A stretch of DNA of 64,000 nt from Candidatus Raymondbacteria bacterium RIFOXYA2_FULL_49_16 (GCA_001789205.1 MFYT01000039.1:85295-149294), one strand, 5' to 3'. Positions 9,529 to 19,642 are shown, numbered from the stretch's first letter. Program-made: numbers and translations. The notes: generated by a model from the sequence alone, not told the origin.

Positions 9529-9741
9529 TTCCCCGGTTCTCGTTCTATATTACAGGACATCCTCGAATGCTCGTACCAGTAATATACGTTATCTCATGAC
9601 ATCTAGCAAATATCACCCTGGCTAATTACTGGGAAAACCGATTGAACAAGACTGTAAGAGTCTGATATTTAGAAATTATTATCCGTCCCGGGGCTTTCCT
9701 GTGATGACCCAGGGAGATTTCTGTGTGCAGGAGGAAAATCC

Positions 9742-10719
9742 CTATTTTTTTCGCGCAACCTCGGACGGGAGCATGCCGAACCGGTGCCTGAAGAGTTTGG
9801 CGAAATACGATGAATGGTTGATGCCAACGCGATAGTGGACCTCGGTCACATTCATGTCCGTGGTCTTCAGTAATTCCATGGCCTTGTCGATCCGGAAATC
9901 ATTCAAATATTGGATGAAATTCGTTCCCGTGTCTTTCTTGAAAATCTTGCCCACGTAATCCTCGCTTAGGCCCGCGAAGCGCGCAAGGTCAGAGAGGGAA
10001 ATTTCCTCGGCATAATGGTCGCGGATGCAGGCCATGGCCTTGTTGGTCACAGCGCTGAACTGCTTTGGCACAACAGGGACTTGTTTTTTTCTTTTCCAGC
10101 GCAGCAAAATAGCAATGAACGCAATGACTGTGGCTGCCACAGGTATGGCCTTTGACCAGGGGATTTTGTGCTGTTTGGGCGCAGTTGTTAGAGGCGCCAG
10201 GGAGTCTCCTGGTACACTATCCGAAGTCTTGAGCGCGATCATGTCTATTTTAGCGCCAACCTCTTTGACTCTAAGAGAAAGCAGATGTTTTCCAAGTTTT
10301 TCAACAATGAAATATGGGGTATTTTTATGGCAGCCGTCGCCGCAGCTTACCTTGGTGGCCCATTGCCATGAGTCCTTTTTATAAAAATAGAGCCCATCTG
10401 TGTAATCTGGATTGTCCGGATTTTTGTTATCAAGCGTGACAAATACCCCGTTATCTCCTGGATTTGTTGCCCAAGTCCTTAAAAAAAGGTAATAGGTGTC
10501 AGCCACAGGCATATCGATGGTGTATTCAATTCTGCCCCTGCTTTCGTAGATGCCGGCAGAAACAATGTATTTTCCTGACGAGGCGTTTTTATACGCGCGT
10601 TCAATGGCCCACCCTGAATTATCGATTCGATTGTAGGTTTCAGCTTCAATGAACAGAGAATTTGTGTCCACGGCATGCAAGACACTGCAAGCAATGAAAA
10701 CGCAGGAAATTACCTTCAT
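9742..10719 (-). CDS. Membrane-anchored AraC-family regulator with N-terminal carbohydrate-binding-module-like sensor domain
   Basis: Signal peptide. 'FIEAETYNRIDNSGWAIE...SGKYIV' resembles CBM6/35-like galactose-binding folds. TM 'AATVIAFIAILLRW'. C-terminal AraC HTH 'MNVTEVHYRVGINHSSYFAKLFRHRFGMLPSEV'. Confidence 0.7.
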   Translation of the reverse strand: MKVISCVFIACSVLHAVDTNSLFIEAETYNRIDNSGWAIERAYKNASSGKYIVSAGIYESRGRIEYTIDMPVADTYYLFLRTWATNPGDNGVFVTLDNKNPDNPDYTDGLYFYKKDSWQWATKVSCGDGCHKNTPYFIVEKLGKHLLSLRVKEVGAKIDMIALKTSDSVPGDSLAPLTTAPKQHKIPWSKAIPVAATVIAFIAILLRWKRKKQVPVVPKQFSAVTNKAMACIRDHYAEEISLSDLARFAGLSEDYVGKIFKKDTGTNFIQYLNDFRIDKAMELLKTTDMNVTEVHYRVGINHSSYFAKLFRHRFGMLPSEVARKK

Positions 10720-10745
10720 CCTGGAATTTCCTCTATTAATTCATC
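10648..10745. repeat. 98-bp direct repeat copy 1 (5' end of the AraC gene plus its upstream region), about 95% identical to 25231-25328
   Basis: Aligned by eye: 'aatgaacagagaatttgtgtccacggcatgcaagacactgcaagcaatgaaaacgcaggaaattaccttcatcctggaatttcctctattaat' against the copy at 25231, with about 5 mismatches. Confidence 0.8.
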
Positions 10746-11993
10746 CTCAAAAATGCGTGAAAAAATGCCTTTTCCCTTCTTAAAAATAATATTTCTCCTC
10801 TGGAACCATGTATAAAGAAAAGAATAAAATCTTCTCCGTGAATACCGCCCTAAAAGTATATTATTCACGGGATGCCGAAATCGATTCAAAAAGTACGGTT
10901 TTCATTCGAGGAAACGGGCCTAACCCACTTTGGCGGGATGTGGCTTATTCAGAGTTTTTGCAAGTTGCTCGGTTTACGCCAGCGTCTTTACGATTATGTT
11001 CGACGTCCCCAAAGAAACCACTTTTACAGTTCCACCGAGTTCATTCTGGCGTTGCTTTATTCCATAATCATGGGACTTCGACGTATCAACAAGACTGATA
11101 TTCGATTTGGACTCTACGGTTATAGTCATTTACGGGGAGCAGCAGAAAGGGGCTGTTGGATACAATCCGAAGAAGCCCGGACGGAGGTCCTATCATCCGC
11201 TTCTATGTTTCGAGGCAAATTTTCAGGAATTCTGGCACGGCAGTCTTCGTCCTGGGAACACAGTGGCCATGACAGGAGCGATACCGTTCATTCGGCGGTG
11301 TCTGGAGAAAGTTTCTTCCACGATATCACGGAGCCGGATACGGTTTCGTATGGACTCTGGTTTTTATTCCAACCGCATCACCAACTATCTGGACGCGCTG
11401 GGATGCGGTTATGTCATTGTCGCCAAGGAATACGCGACCATCAAAGCGCCATGCGTACGCATGCCGGTTCAAAAAGCTCGGCAATGGGTGGGAGGCCGGA
11501 GAATTCTGGGAGAAAGTTCGGCATGTGGACAAGAAAGAGCGCCGTTTCGTTGTGGTGCGACGTCCCATTCCTTCCGACGAGGAGGAGAACCGGCAACTGA
11601 CCTTGTTTAAGCACCAGAAATATGTGTATCATGTTTTCGTGACCAATCTACCGATCAGTCCATGGCGAGTGTATCTGTTTTACAGTCCGCGAGCAACCAT
11701 CGAGAAAAACATACGGGAACTCATGTACGATTACCCCTTGGGCAAGATACCGACGAAAGATTGGACGGCAAATGTGGCGTTCTTCCAGTTGGTTTTGTTT
11801 GCGGCAAATATCGCTCACTGGTTCAAACGCCTGTGTTTGCCCGAGGATTATCACTACCAGAAGGAATTTCTTCAGGCATTCAAAACAATCGAAGGGTTAC
11901 GGTTACCAGGAAATTTTCGAATTTGCAAAAGACCCGAGAGGTCTCTCTCTATGAAAGACCCGAGAAAATAAGTGTTTTCACGCATTTTTGAGG
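10745..11993 (+). mobile_element. IS1380-family-like insertion sequence (about 1.25 kb) with 19-bp terminal inverted repeats and a frameshifted transposase
   Basis: Left inverted repeat CCTCAAAAATGCGTGAAAA (10745-10763) is the perfect reverse complement of the right one TTTTCACGCATTTTTGAGG (11975-11993). The interior encodes a DDE transposase in three frames. Confidence 0.7.
10872..11971 (+). pseudogene. DDE transposase (IS1380/IS4-like), disrupted by at least two frameshifts
   Basis: Three overlapping ORFs (10872-11600, 11107-11610, 11411-11971) together reconstruct one transposase. Contains 'GYNPKKPGRRSYHPLLCF', 'FRMDSGFYS', 'VVRRPIPSDEE...HVFVTNLPISPWRVYLFYSPRATIEKNIRELM'. Confidence 0.7.
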
Positions 11994-12307
11994 TTGATAT
12001 GATGTGACACGGTTGAGCGGGAAAGTTTCAATTGGTTGCATGCGCACGTAAAGGCCTTTTCAATCCCTTGGCAGCAGGATTCGCCAGCCTTTTTTTTCTC
12101 AAATCAGGGGTCTTTGCACCGTAAGAAATAATACGTGTGCAGCGCATCATGCACGATCGCAACAGGGATGAAGCCCTTGATTTCATTATCGGCTGTATCG
12201 GCACGAAGGTAAGGGAGATACTTAACAAACCCCCCTGAAAGCCCGTGTTCAAGCTTCCCGCTTCGGGAAGGAGAATCAGAAGGCCGATGCAGTAACGGCG
12301 TCTAACA

Positions 12308-12970
12308 TTAGGAACATGTTAAATTTCCATCCACAATTTTCACCGTTCGTTGCGCCAATTTCGCAATATTAGGGTCATGGGTTATCATTACAACAGTCGT
12401 GCCTGCCGCATGCTGGAGCTGTATGATATGCATCACCTCTTTCCCGGTATCAGGGTCGAGATTTCCCGTCGGCTCATCAGCGAGAATAAGCCGCGGCTTT
12501 TTGACCAGGGCACGCGCAAGAGCGACCCGTTGTTGCTGCCCTATGCTTAACTCGGACGGCAGATGGTCTTTTCTGTCGGTCAGGTCGACTTCCTCAAGAA
12601 TACTCTCGATGCTTTGTGTACTCGTCAATTCTTTGTTTGCAAGAGAAAGTCCTACGCTGACATTTTCGAACACTGTCAAATAGGGTACCAGATTAAACGA
12701 TTGAAAAACGAACCCGACGCTAGACCCACGCCACTGAGAGCGCTTTGTAATTTTCCAATCATAAATGGATTGATTTTGCCACATGACGGCGCCTTCATCG
12801 GGATGGCTCATTCCGCCAAGGGCAAGAAGAAGCGTGCTTTTGCCGCTTCCACTGGGGCCTACTATGGCCACAAATTCGCCTTCCTTTATTTCGAGGGAAG
12901 CTTTATCGAGCGCTTTTACCGTGCCATGTTTGCGTTTGAATATTCTGGATACGGATGCTGCTTTAAGCAT
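12308..12970 (-). CDS. ABC transporter ATP-binding protein (MacB/LolD-like)
   Basis: Walker A 'GPSGSGKST', signature 'LSIGQQQRVALARAL', Walker B 'ILADEPTGNLD'. Confidence 0.8.
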   Translation of the reverse strand: MLKAASVSRIFKRKHGTVKALDKASLEIKEGEFVAIVGPSGSGKSTLLLALGGMSHPDEGAVMWQNQSIYDWKITKRSQWRGSSVGFVFQSFNLVPYLTVFENVSVGLSLANKELTSTQSIESILEEVDLTDRKDHLPSELSIGQQQRVALARALVKKPRLILADEPTGNLDPDTGKEVMHIIQLQHAAGTTVVMITHDPNIAKLAQRTVKIVDGNLTCS

Positions 12971-12974
12971 TGGT

Positions 12975-14192
12975 TTAGTCCTCTTTCATGATGAGTGATG
13001 GATCTACCTTTGTGGCGCTGATAGCCGGAACGGCGCTGGCCAACAAAGCGATTACCGTTGAAATTATCATACTGTAAACAGCATATACGGGCAGGGGTAA
13101 AACGGGTACGCCGGCAATTCGAGGGCCGAGGATCGTTGCCATGGAGGAACCGAGAATGTATCCGATGATTCCACCGATAAGACCGATTATCAAAGCTTTA
13201 AGCAGGAACAATTTCAGAATCCATTGTGAGTTCGCACCCATGGCCATATAGATGCCTATTTCTCTGCGCCGCTCATACACGTTCGCGAACATATAGTTGG
13301 CAATGCTTGCGCCGCCCACCACCAGAATCACCACGAGCATGATAAGGGAAATACGTTTCATGACCGTGTTTGCTCTGATTTGCGTTGAAACAATCTGGCT
13401 GATTGTGACCACTTTGGCATCGGGAAGCAGTTTATTTATCTGCTGGATCAGCCCTGTTGAAATAGCCGAACAGCAGCCCACAATTTCGATGGAATGCAAA
13501 ACAGAATCTTTTCCGGAGAGTTTCTGTACGGTATGCAAATGAGCGAAAAGACGGCCGTCATCGACTGTCCCGGTAATCGGCAATATGGCTTCTGCGACAA
13601 ACCTCTTGCCGAGTACGGTCAATGAATCACCCTCTTTGATGGCAAGCGACCTGGCGATGTCTGCGCCTACAAGCATGGCATTGAGGGCAAGGTCTTCGAT
13701 GACTCGTTTGCGGACAAGAGTTTTTGTCGTGTCTGTAATACCAGGGATATTCGCAGTAATTCCGCAGCTTTGCGGCTTTGCAAATACCCCAAGGGTCGTT
13801 TGCCATGTCGCCTTTGACTTAAACTCGTTTCGAGGCAGAATTCCGGTTAGTGTGGCCTTCCGGGCTCCAACTTCAACTGGCATGCTGAATTTTGGCGAGA
13901 GGTTGTCAAGTCCCTGTATGCCTGAACTGGTCAGGATTGACACATAGCTTTCTGGGATTTCCGACTGTTGGAAATCCGCGCTATAGTAATCCTGCACAGT
14001 AGCATCCTTGGCCAGCAGTAGAATGTTCGCGCCCAGCGCGTCAAGTTCACCGGCAACGGCCTTTTCGGAATAATACGTGGTGCTTTGAATGGCGACCATA
14101 ACCGCAATACCGAGCGAGACCGCTGCCAGGCTTGATATCAATTGATTGTTGCGCTGGAATATCTCTCGCAAGACCAGCTGTTTAATATTCAT
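12975..14192 (-). CDS. ABC transporter permease, FtsX/MacB family
   Basis: About 400 aa. N-terminal TM, a large periplasmic domain, then three C-terminal TM helices (FtsX-like). Start chosen at 'MNIKQLVLREIF'; the ORF continues upstream to 14264. Confidence 0.7.
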   Translation of the reverse strand: MNIKQLVLREIFQRNNQLISSLAAVSLGIAVMVAIQSTTYYSEKAVAGELDALGANILLLAKDATVQDYYSADFQQSEIPESYVSILTSSGIQGLDNLSPKFSMPVEVGARKATLTGILPRNEFKSKATWQTTLGVFAKPQSCGITANIPGITDTTKTLVRKRVIEDLALNAMLVGADIARSLAIKEGDSLTVLGKRFVAEAILPITGTVDDGRLFAHLHTVQKLSGKDSVLHSIEIVGCCSAISTGLIQQINKLLPDAKVVTISQIVSTQIRANTVMKRISLIMLVVILVVGGASIANYMFANVYERRREIGIYMAMGANSQWILKLFLLKALIIGLIGGIIGYILGSSMATILGPRIAGVPVLPLPVYAVYSMIISTVIALLASAVPAISATKVDPSLIMKED

Positions 14193-14214
14193 CTTGTGAA
14201 ATTCCTTTTCAGGG

Positions 14215-14949
14215 TTATTTTTTCGGGCAGCAACTGCCGCCAGCGCATGATTGAAGGGCGGCAAGTATGTCCGTCTTAATTACTTTTCCCGTAAGAACTT
14301 TTCCTATTCTGCCGGGCGGTAACAAAACAACAACAGTTGCTTCAGCCAAAGGGGAAATCAATTGACACTGTTTTATGAATTCCTGGCTCCCTTGGGCCGA
14401 TGGGTCGGCCTTTATTGCAGCAACGAATTGCTTGTATTGGGGATCATTTGCAAATTCATTGACTCCTGCCCACGATTCTGCGCTGAATCTGGTTGATGCG
14501 TTTTGAAGCGCCACGAGCGTCACTTTTTGTTTCTGAAGAGGTTTAAGCGTTTTAAGCATCAGGTCCGATACACCCATGCTTTGCTTTAGCTGTTCGGCGG
14601 TTATGGTTTTGGGGAAGCCGCCGGTAACGACGCCATTCGGAGCAAGAACGAGCACTAAGGGCAGGTCACCGCCACTTTTGATGCCATAATTATCCGCAAT
14701 CTGCTTATTGGCCGGATCGCCCAATTTTGCTTTGTAAACAGATGCCTTTTTCGCAGATGATTTATTGAATGTTGTGATGGCGGAAGACATACTCGTGAGT
14801 GCTGCATTCTGCGCTTCGTAAAAGATCAGGCATAGAAATTTGCCTGCAGCAGCTGCCTCGCTGATGGCTGCATTCGCATTGGTAGGTACCGCATAGGAAA
14901 CGGTCCCAAGCATGCATAACACAAATAGTTTGAACATCAACTTTTTCAT
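14215..14949 (-). CDS. Hypothetical secreted protein with a Cys-rich C-terminus (CAGGSCCPKK), first gene of the ABC operon
   Basis: Signal peptide 'MKKLMFKLFVLCMLGTVSYA'. No recognisable catalytic motif. Possible thioredoxin-like fold. Confidence 0.4.
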   Translation of the reverse strand: MKKLMFKLFVLCMLGTVSYAVPTNANAAISEAAAAGKFLCLIFYEAQNAALTSMSSAITTFNKSSAKKASVYKAKLGDPANKQIADNYGIKSGGDLPLVLVLAPNGVVTGGFPKTITAEQLKQSMGVSDLMLKTLKPLQKQKVTLVALQNASTRFSAESWAGVNEFANDPQYKQFVAAIKADPSAQGSQEFIKQCQLISPLAEATVVVLLPPGRIGKVLTGKVIKTDILAALQSCAGGSCCPKK

Positions 14950-14965
14950 GAATTTTCCTTTTCTT

Positions 14966-16030
14966 TTAATTATTTGCTGATGGAAACCAGTGGGTTGTAC
15001 GGTTTGCTATTCTCACCAGAGTCAACATGACCGGGACCTCAACCAGGACGCCAACGATTGTCGCCAACACCACAGGAGACGAGGTACCGAATAAAGATAT
15101 AGCTACGGCAACAGAAAGCTCAAAAAAATTGGACGCGCCAATCATACCGGCCGGTGCGGCTATATTGTGGCACAGTTTTAATTTTTTGCTACCAAGGTAA
15201 GCGATGAAGAAAATCAGGAAAGTCTGGATTGTCAACGGAATAGCGATTAGAACAATATGCAAGGGCTTGTTTACAATAACATTCCCCTGGAAAGAGAAAA
15301 TGATAATTAGGGTCAGCAGGAGACCGCCAATCGTCGCATTGTTGAACTTTTTAATAAATATGTTGATGAAATACTCTTCTCCTTTTGCCTTAATGACGCT
15401 TGTCCTGGTCAGTATTCCTCCCACCAACGGAATCACTACAAAAAGCAGAACAGACATTAATAATGTGGCCCAGGGAATGGTTATTCCACCGATTCCAAGC
15501 AGCAGTGCAACGATCGGGGTGAATGCAAACAAAATAATGAGATCGTTGGTTGCCACCTGAACAACCGTATAGGCTGGATTTCCCCTTGTCAAATGACTCC
15601 ACACGAAAACCATGGCCGTGCACGGCGCTGCACCCAGAAGAATTGCTCCTGCAAGATATTCCTTGGCAAGATAGGCCGGAATCAATGCCTTAAAAATTAC
15701 AAAAAAGAAGAACCAGGCTATTGCATACATGGTAAAGGGCTTGATTAACCAATTAGTCACCCACGTTATATACAGCCCCTTTGGATTTTTTCCCACATTC
15801 TTTATGCTAGCAAAATCGACCTTCATCATCATGGGATAAATCATAAGCCAAATCAGGATCGCAATCGGAATGGAGACATTAGCATATTCAAATTGGCCTA
15901 GAAAGGCGGGGATGCCCGGTAAAAACTTGCCGATGAGCACACCGGTTATCATGCAAAGGATGACCCAAAGTGTCAGATACTTTTCAAAGAAACCAATACC
16001 CACGGTTTTATTTTCCGCCATACGTTTCAA
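14966..16030 (-). CDS. acr3: Arsenite efflux transporter, ACR3 family
   Basis: 354 aa and 10 TM. ACR3-type N-terminus 'GIGFFEKYLTLWVILCMITGVLIGKFLPG', with the conserved Cys in TM4 context 'LLGAAPCTAMV'. Confidence 0.8.
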   Translation of the reverse strand: MKRMAENKTVGIGFFEKYLTLWVILCMITGVLIGKFLPGIPAFLGQFEYANVSIPIAILIWLMIYPMMMKVDFASIKNVGKNPKGLYITWVTNWLIKPFTMYAIAWFFFFVIFKALIPAYLAKEYLAGAILLGAAPCTAMVFVWSHLTRGNPAYTVVQVATNDLIILFAFTPIVALLLGIGGITIPWATLLMSVLLFVVIPLVGGILTRTSVIKAKGEEYFINIFIKKFNNATIGGLLLTLIIIFSFQGNVIVNKPLHIVLIAIPLTIQTFLIFFIAYLGSKKLKLCHNIAAPAGMIGASNFFELSVAVAISLFGTSSPVVLATIVGVLVEVPVMLTLVRIANRTTHWFPSANN

Positions 16031-16046
16031 GACTCCTTTCCACGGT

Positions 16047-16490
16047 TTATAGGGTATTCAAAATATCCGGAAGCTTTTCCACAAATCCTCGAATCTCGTC
16101 CCGGACCCTGCTATAATGGATGAGCGCTTCCTCTTCTGTTTTGGCGTTTTTGGCCAGGGAAGGGGGATCGTCAAACCCCATGTGCATATGTCTGGCTTTA
16201 CCGGGAAAAAAGGGGCACGCCTCGCGCGCATTATCACACAAGGTAATTACGTAATCAAAGGGGACAGACATAACTTCGGTCATGTCCTTTGACCGTTGAA
16301 GCGATATGTCAATTCCATTTTCCGCCATTGCACGAACGGCACGGGGATCGAGGCCGTGTGCCACGACGCCAGCGGAATAGGGTTCAATTGACTCTCCTTT
16401 CAGGTGGCGCGCAAGACCTTCTGCCATCTGGCTCCGGCAGGAATTTCCAGTACAGAGAAACAGTATTTTTATCTTTTTGGTTTCGGGCAT
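16047..16490 (-). CDS. arsC: Arsenate reductase, LMW-PTP (thioredoxin-coupled) type
   Basis: P-loop 'ILFLCTGNSCRSQMAEG'. Start taken at 'MPETKKIKILF'. Confidence 0.75.
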   Translation of the reverse strand: MPETKKIKILFLCTGNSCRSQMAEGLARHLKGESIEPYSAGVVAHGLDPRAVRAMAENGIDISLQRSKDMTEVMSVPFDYVITLCDNAREACPFFPGKARHMHMGFDDPPSLAKNAKTEEEALIHYSRVRDEIRGFVEKLPDILNTL

Positions 16491-16825
16491 ATGTTGTCCT
16501 TGATACTTTTTGGAATGCGCACCCCGCAGCACGAATCCTTGTCAACGCAGCGGCCAAGATGGTTTGAAAGCCATTCCAGGATACTTTTGACAGCCGGGGT
16601 TGTTCCCTTCTTTGCCAGTTTATAGTAAATCCATTTTTCATCCCTGCGGCTTTCCACCAGACCTGCGGCCTTAAGTATGCTCATGTGCTTTGATACGGTC
16701 GAAGGCGCAAGCTTCAGGAACTCCACAATCTGGCACACGCACACTTCACGGCCACAAAGCACCATCAGGGCCTTGATCCTGTTTTCATCAGAGAGCGCTT
16801 TGGCTATTGAAACAATTTCTTTCAT
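16469..16825 (-). CDS. arsR: ArsR/SmtB family transcriptional repressor
   Basis: Winged HTH containing 'ELCVCD'-like 'EVCVCQIVEFL...STVSKHMSILKAAGLV'. Confidence 0.75.
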   Translation of the reverse strand: MKEIVSIAKALSDENRIKALMVLCGREVCVCQIVEFLKLAPSTVSKHMSILKAAGLVESRRDEKWIYYKLAKKGTTPAVKSILEWLSNHLGRCVDKDSCCGVRIPKSIKDNICPKPKR

Positions 16826-16833
16826 AAATATCC

Positions 16834-17649
16834 TTATGATTTCTCTCCGTACACGGTAATACTTACTATCTTGGCGCTGCTGCGGACCTCTTTCAGGTCC
16901 TTTTCATTCATATATTGAAGCAACAAATCGTCTGGAATATCAATGTTCTTTTCGCTGCTTATGGATATATTTCCGAAACCGGCGTCTTTTATGATTTGAA
17001 GATATTCTTTCTTTGAAACCGCTCCTGAGATGCAACCCGCATACAGTTCCGCAACTGTTCTCAACTTTGCCGGAAGCTCACCTTCAATGACAATATCGGA
17101 AATGTTGAAATGCCCGTCTTTTTTTAATACCCGAATAATTTCTCCAAAGGCCTTCCTTTTATCGGGAACCAGGTTGAGCACGCAGTTACTGATCACCACA
17201 TCGGCGACAGCATCATCAACCGGAAGCTTTTCTATTTCACCCAGACGGAATTCAACATTATCATAGCCCATCTTTGCATTATTCTTTTTGGCTTTGCCTA
17301 TCATTTCTTCGGTCATGTCTATGCCAATCACATAGCCCGTCTCGCCGACCATGCGGCGAACGATAAAGCAGTCGTTTCCGGCGCCCGAACCAAGGTCAAT
17401 GACCGTTGCGCCCTTTTTGATTTTTGCCGATTCCACGGGTATGCCGCATCCAAGTCCAAGGTCCGCCTCGGGAACATACCCGTCGAGCTTTGAGTAATCC
17501 TGGCTGAACACGGTGTAATCAACCTCTCCGGATCCGCAACACCCCGAAGAGCAGCAGGAACTTTTCTTTGTTTCCGAGGCTTTTGCGATAGTGCCGTATT
17601 TTTCCCGTACCATTGTTTTGATTGAATCAGAACTCATTTTTACCCCCAT
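16834..17649 (-). CDS. arsM: Arsenite S-adenosylmethionine methyltransferase (ArsM-like)
   Basis: SAM-binding motif 'VIDLGSGAGNDCF'. N-terminal Cys cluster 'SSCCSSGCCGSG' and 'VISNCVLNLVPDK' are typical of ArsM. Heads the ars operon. Confidence 0.65.
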   Translation of the reverse strand: MGVKMSSDSIKTMVREKYGTIAKASETKKSSCCSSGCCGSGEVDYTVFSQDYSKLDGYVPEADLGLGCGIPVESAKIKKGATVIDLGSGAGNDCFIVRRMVGETGYVIGIDMTEEMIGKAKKNNAKMGYDNVEFRLGEIEKLPVDDAVADVVISNCVLNLVPDKRKAFGEIIRVLKKDGHFNISDIVIEGELPAKLRTVAELYAGCISGAVSKKEYLQIIKDAGFGNISISSEKNIDIPDDLLLQYMNEKDLKEVRSSAKIVSITVYGEKS

Positions 17650-17720
17650 TTATTATTTCGTTATTTCGACACATAACGAAATATACAAGATTCGGAAAGC
17701 AAAATCAAGCTCTCTGGTTC

Positions 17721-18881
17721 TTAGAACATTGCTTTCACCCTGAATTCAACCTTGTGCTTCGCAAGTTTTGAACCGTATTCGCTCTCCACGTCTCCGGCAA
17801 GGATGATATATCGGGCAGTGAAACCCATGTGCCGGAACCTCGTGTACGTTGCTTCTGCTCCGGCCATCAGGCTGCCATCCTGGATGTTCACAATAGCGTA
17901 GGCAGAGGGCGTCAGATAAACGATTGTGAACGGATCGGGGTGCGATGCTTTCAGATATAAATAGTTTGTCCTGGAAAACTGACCGCTTTCTCCGGCATGC
18001 AGATATTCCATGATGAATGTAGTGTTGAATGAGGCAAGATACCGTGTCCCTGCAACAGCCTCCCACTCAGCCCCTTCTTTAAGCGTCCTGGCATACTCGC
18101 CATGCACCTCCCATTCAGGCGATATGTTGCGGGAAAAATCCACCCCTGCTCTATAGGCAGACCTGCTGTCCCCGTACAAGCACACATCAATGTCCGTATT
18201 GAGCAGGAGAAAATACGCCTGCATTATTCCAGCAAAATTCTTATCCGGCAGGTAACCCTCATTAATCTGCCCGTACACCGGCAGTGCAGCCCCAGTGAAC
18301 GCAGCAGTGGCAAGTGATCCATCATAACTGCGGATGAACTCTGCTTCCGCAGCCCAGTACCCTTCAAGAGACGCGTCAATATCGTTAAGGTCCTTTGGTC
18401 TTCCTGCAAATGCAACCGGGTTGAATGCATACCCCTTGCCCCACTTGAACAGCTTCTTCCCGCCCATCACCGAGAACGCAGGCGCCGGGGAGTATTTTGC
18501 ATAGCACTCATACAAACGCGCGTCGTGGGTTAGGCTAGCGCTGGGACGCACATATCCGCTGCTCAGGACTCCGGCAGCTGTAGCAAGAAGTGCTGTGCGC
18601 TGAAACCGTGCCGAGCCCTCGGCCTTCATGTTGTATGCATCGGAATATCTCACATTGTCCTGTCCGTACTTCAATGCGTATATCGACGACTGCTGGTTGT
18701 ACTGGATGAGCGACGGCCAAAGTTCAATGCTTGCCGCCATTTCCAGGGGCTTTTTTTCCATTGCCGGAATATCGAATGAGTAGTCGTCCGAAGTCAGGGT
18801 ATCACCGGAAACTATGCCGCTCGTAAAAGTACAGGCCAATGCGCCGCACGTGGCAATTAAGCGCCAGAAGTCCCGGTTCAT
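17721..18881 (-). CDS. Hypothetical outer-membrane beta-barrel protein (last gene of the ABC/LolA-like operon)
   Basis: Signal peptide. Alternating hydrophobic pattern. C-terminal aromatic residue '...EFRVKAMF', typical of outer-membrane beta-barrels. Confidence 0.45.
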   Translation of the reverse strand: MNRDFWRLIATCGALACTFTSGIVSGDTLTSDDYSFDIPAMEKKPLEMAASIELWPSLIQYNQQSSIYALKYGQDNVRYSDAYNMKAEGSARFQRTALLATAAGVLSSGYVRPSASLTHDARLYECYAKYSPAPAFSVMGGKKLFKWGKGYAFNPVAFAGRPKDLNDIDASLEGYWAAEAEFIRSYDGSLATAAFTGAALPVYGQINEGYLPDKNFAGIMQAYFLLLNTDIDVCLYGDSRSAYRAGVDFSRNISPEWEVHGEYARTLKEGAEWEAVAGTRYLASFNTTFIMEYLHAGESGQFSRTNYLYLKASHPDPFTIVYLTPSAYAIVNIQDGSLMAGAEATYTRFRHMGFTARYIILAGDVESEYGSKLAKHKVEFRVKAMF

Positions 18882-18888
18882 CCCCTGT

Positions 18889-19626
18889 TTACTCCCTCAG
18901 TTCGCCGATCTTTGACATGTAGTTAATGCTGAATACCTCGTCGCTGAATTTCTTTCGCTTGATCTTCGCGTAGACCATTATAGATTTGTATCCCTTATAC
19001 AGCGGGCTGTCTGTTTCAATAACCGACGGCCGTTTAATGCCTGCGCCGAAATCCTTTGTTTCCTTGAAATACAGCGTTTTAATCAGCATGCCCGCTTCGG
19101 TCATGCACTCAATTTTAATTGGTAGCAATTCCTTTTTCGCAGCCCATAACCGTAATCGGTCATACGCAACGCTTCTTGTCCTCGCCTTTAGGGTAAACAA
19201 ATAGGTCCCTGCCGTATCCAGCATTTGCGCAACCTCGTACTCGGCTGAAAAATCGATACGCAGGATATCCGCGTTGTTGAACACGCCGCCGGTCGCGGAC
19301 TGCAGGCTTGTGATCCGCACGGGTTTTCCCACATTCGGGATATAGAGCCACATATTGTCGCCAAGCCGGAGCATGGAACGATCCTTGTCCGCAGGCGGCG
19401 AAAGAAAGACCCCGGCCACCTTGTCGTTGCCTTTTCTTACCATATAAAGCAAAAATTCTTTCTTTTTTCCATCAGGCTCCACATTGATCAGTTTCCGGTA
19501 CATTTCATATGAATCCGGTTCGAGGTTTCTGTCTATTTTCTGGAGCAATGCGGCCGGATCTTCTGCAAAAATAAGAATTGCGGGTAACAAAACAGCGATG
19601 ATGGTTATTGCATAACGTTGGATCAT
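18889..19626 (-). CDS. LolA-like outer membrane lipoprotein-sorting family protein
   Basis: Signal peptide. 'NMWLYIPNVGKPVRITSLQSATGGVFNNAD' matches the LolA_like/DUF4292-type proteins co-encoded with MacB-type ABC exporters. Paralog of the ORF at 29854. Confidence 0.6.
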   Translation of the reverse strand: MIQRYAITIIAVLLPAILIFAEDPAALLQKIDRNLEPDSYEMYRKLINVEPDGKKKEFLLYMVRKGNDKVAGVFLSPPADKDRSMLRLGDNMWLYIPNVGKPVRITSLQSATGGVFNNADILRIDFSAEYEVAQMLDTAGTYLFTLKARTRSVAYDRLRLWAAKKELLPIKIECMTEAGMLIKTLYFKETKDFGAGIKRPSVIETDSPLYKGYKSIMVYAKIKRKKFSDEVFSINYMSKIGELRE

Positions 19627-19642
19627 GGTCTATTCCTTTTCC

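Noticed and set aside
12255-12271. Hairpin CTTCCCG-CTT-CGGGAAG as a possible intrinsic terminator
   Set aside because: Not followed by a U-tract on either strand. Insufficient evidence.
16289-16567. 92-aa + strand ORF within the arsC/arsR region
   Set aside because: Antisense to the two overlapping ars genes. Shadow ORF.
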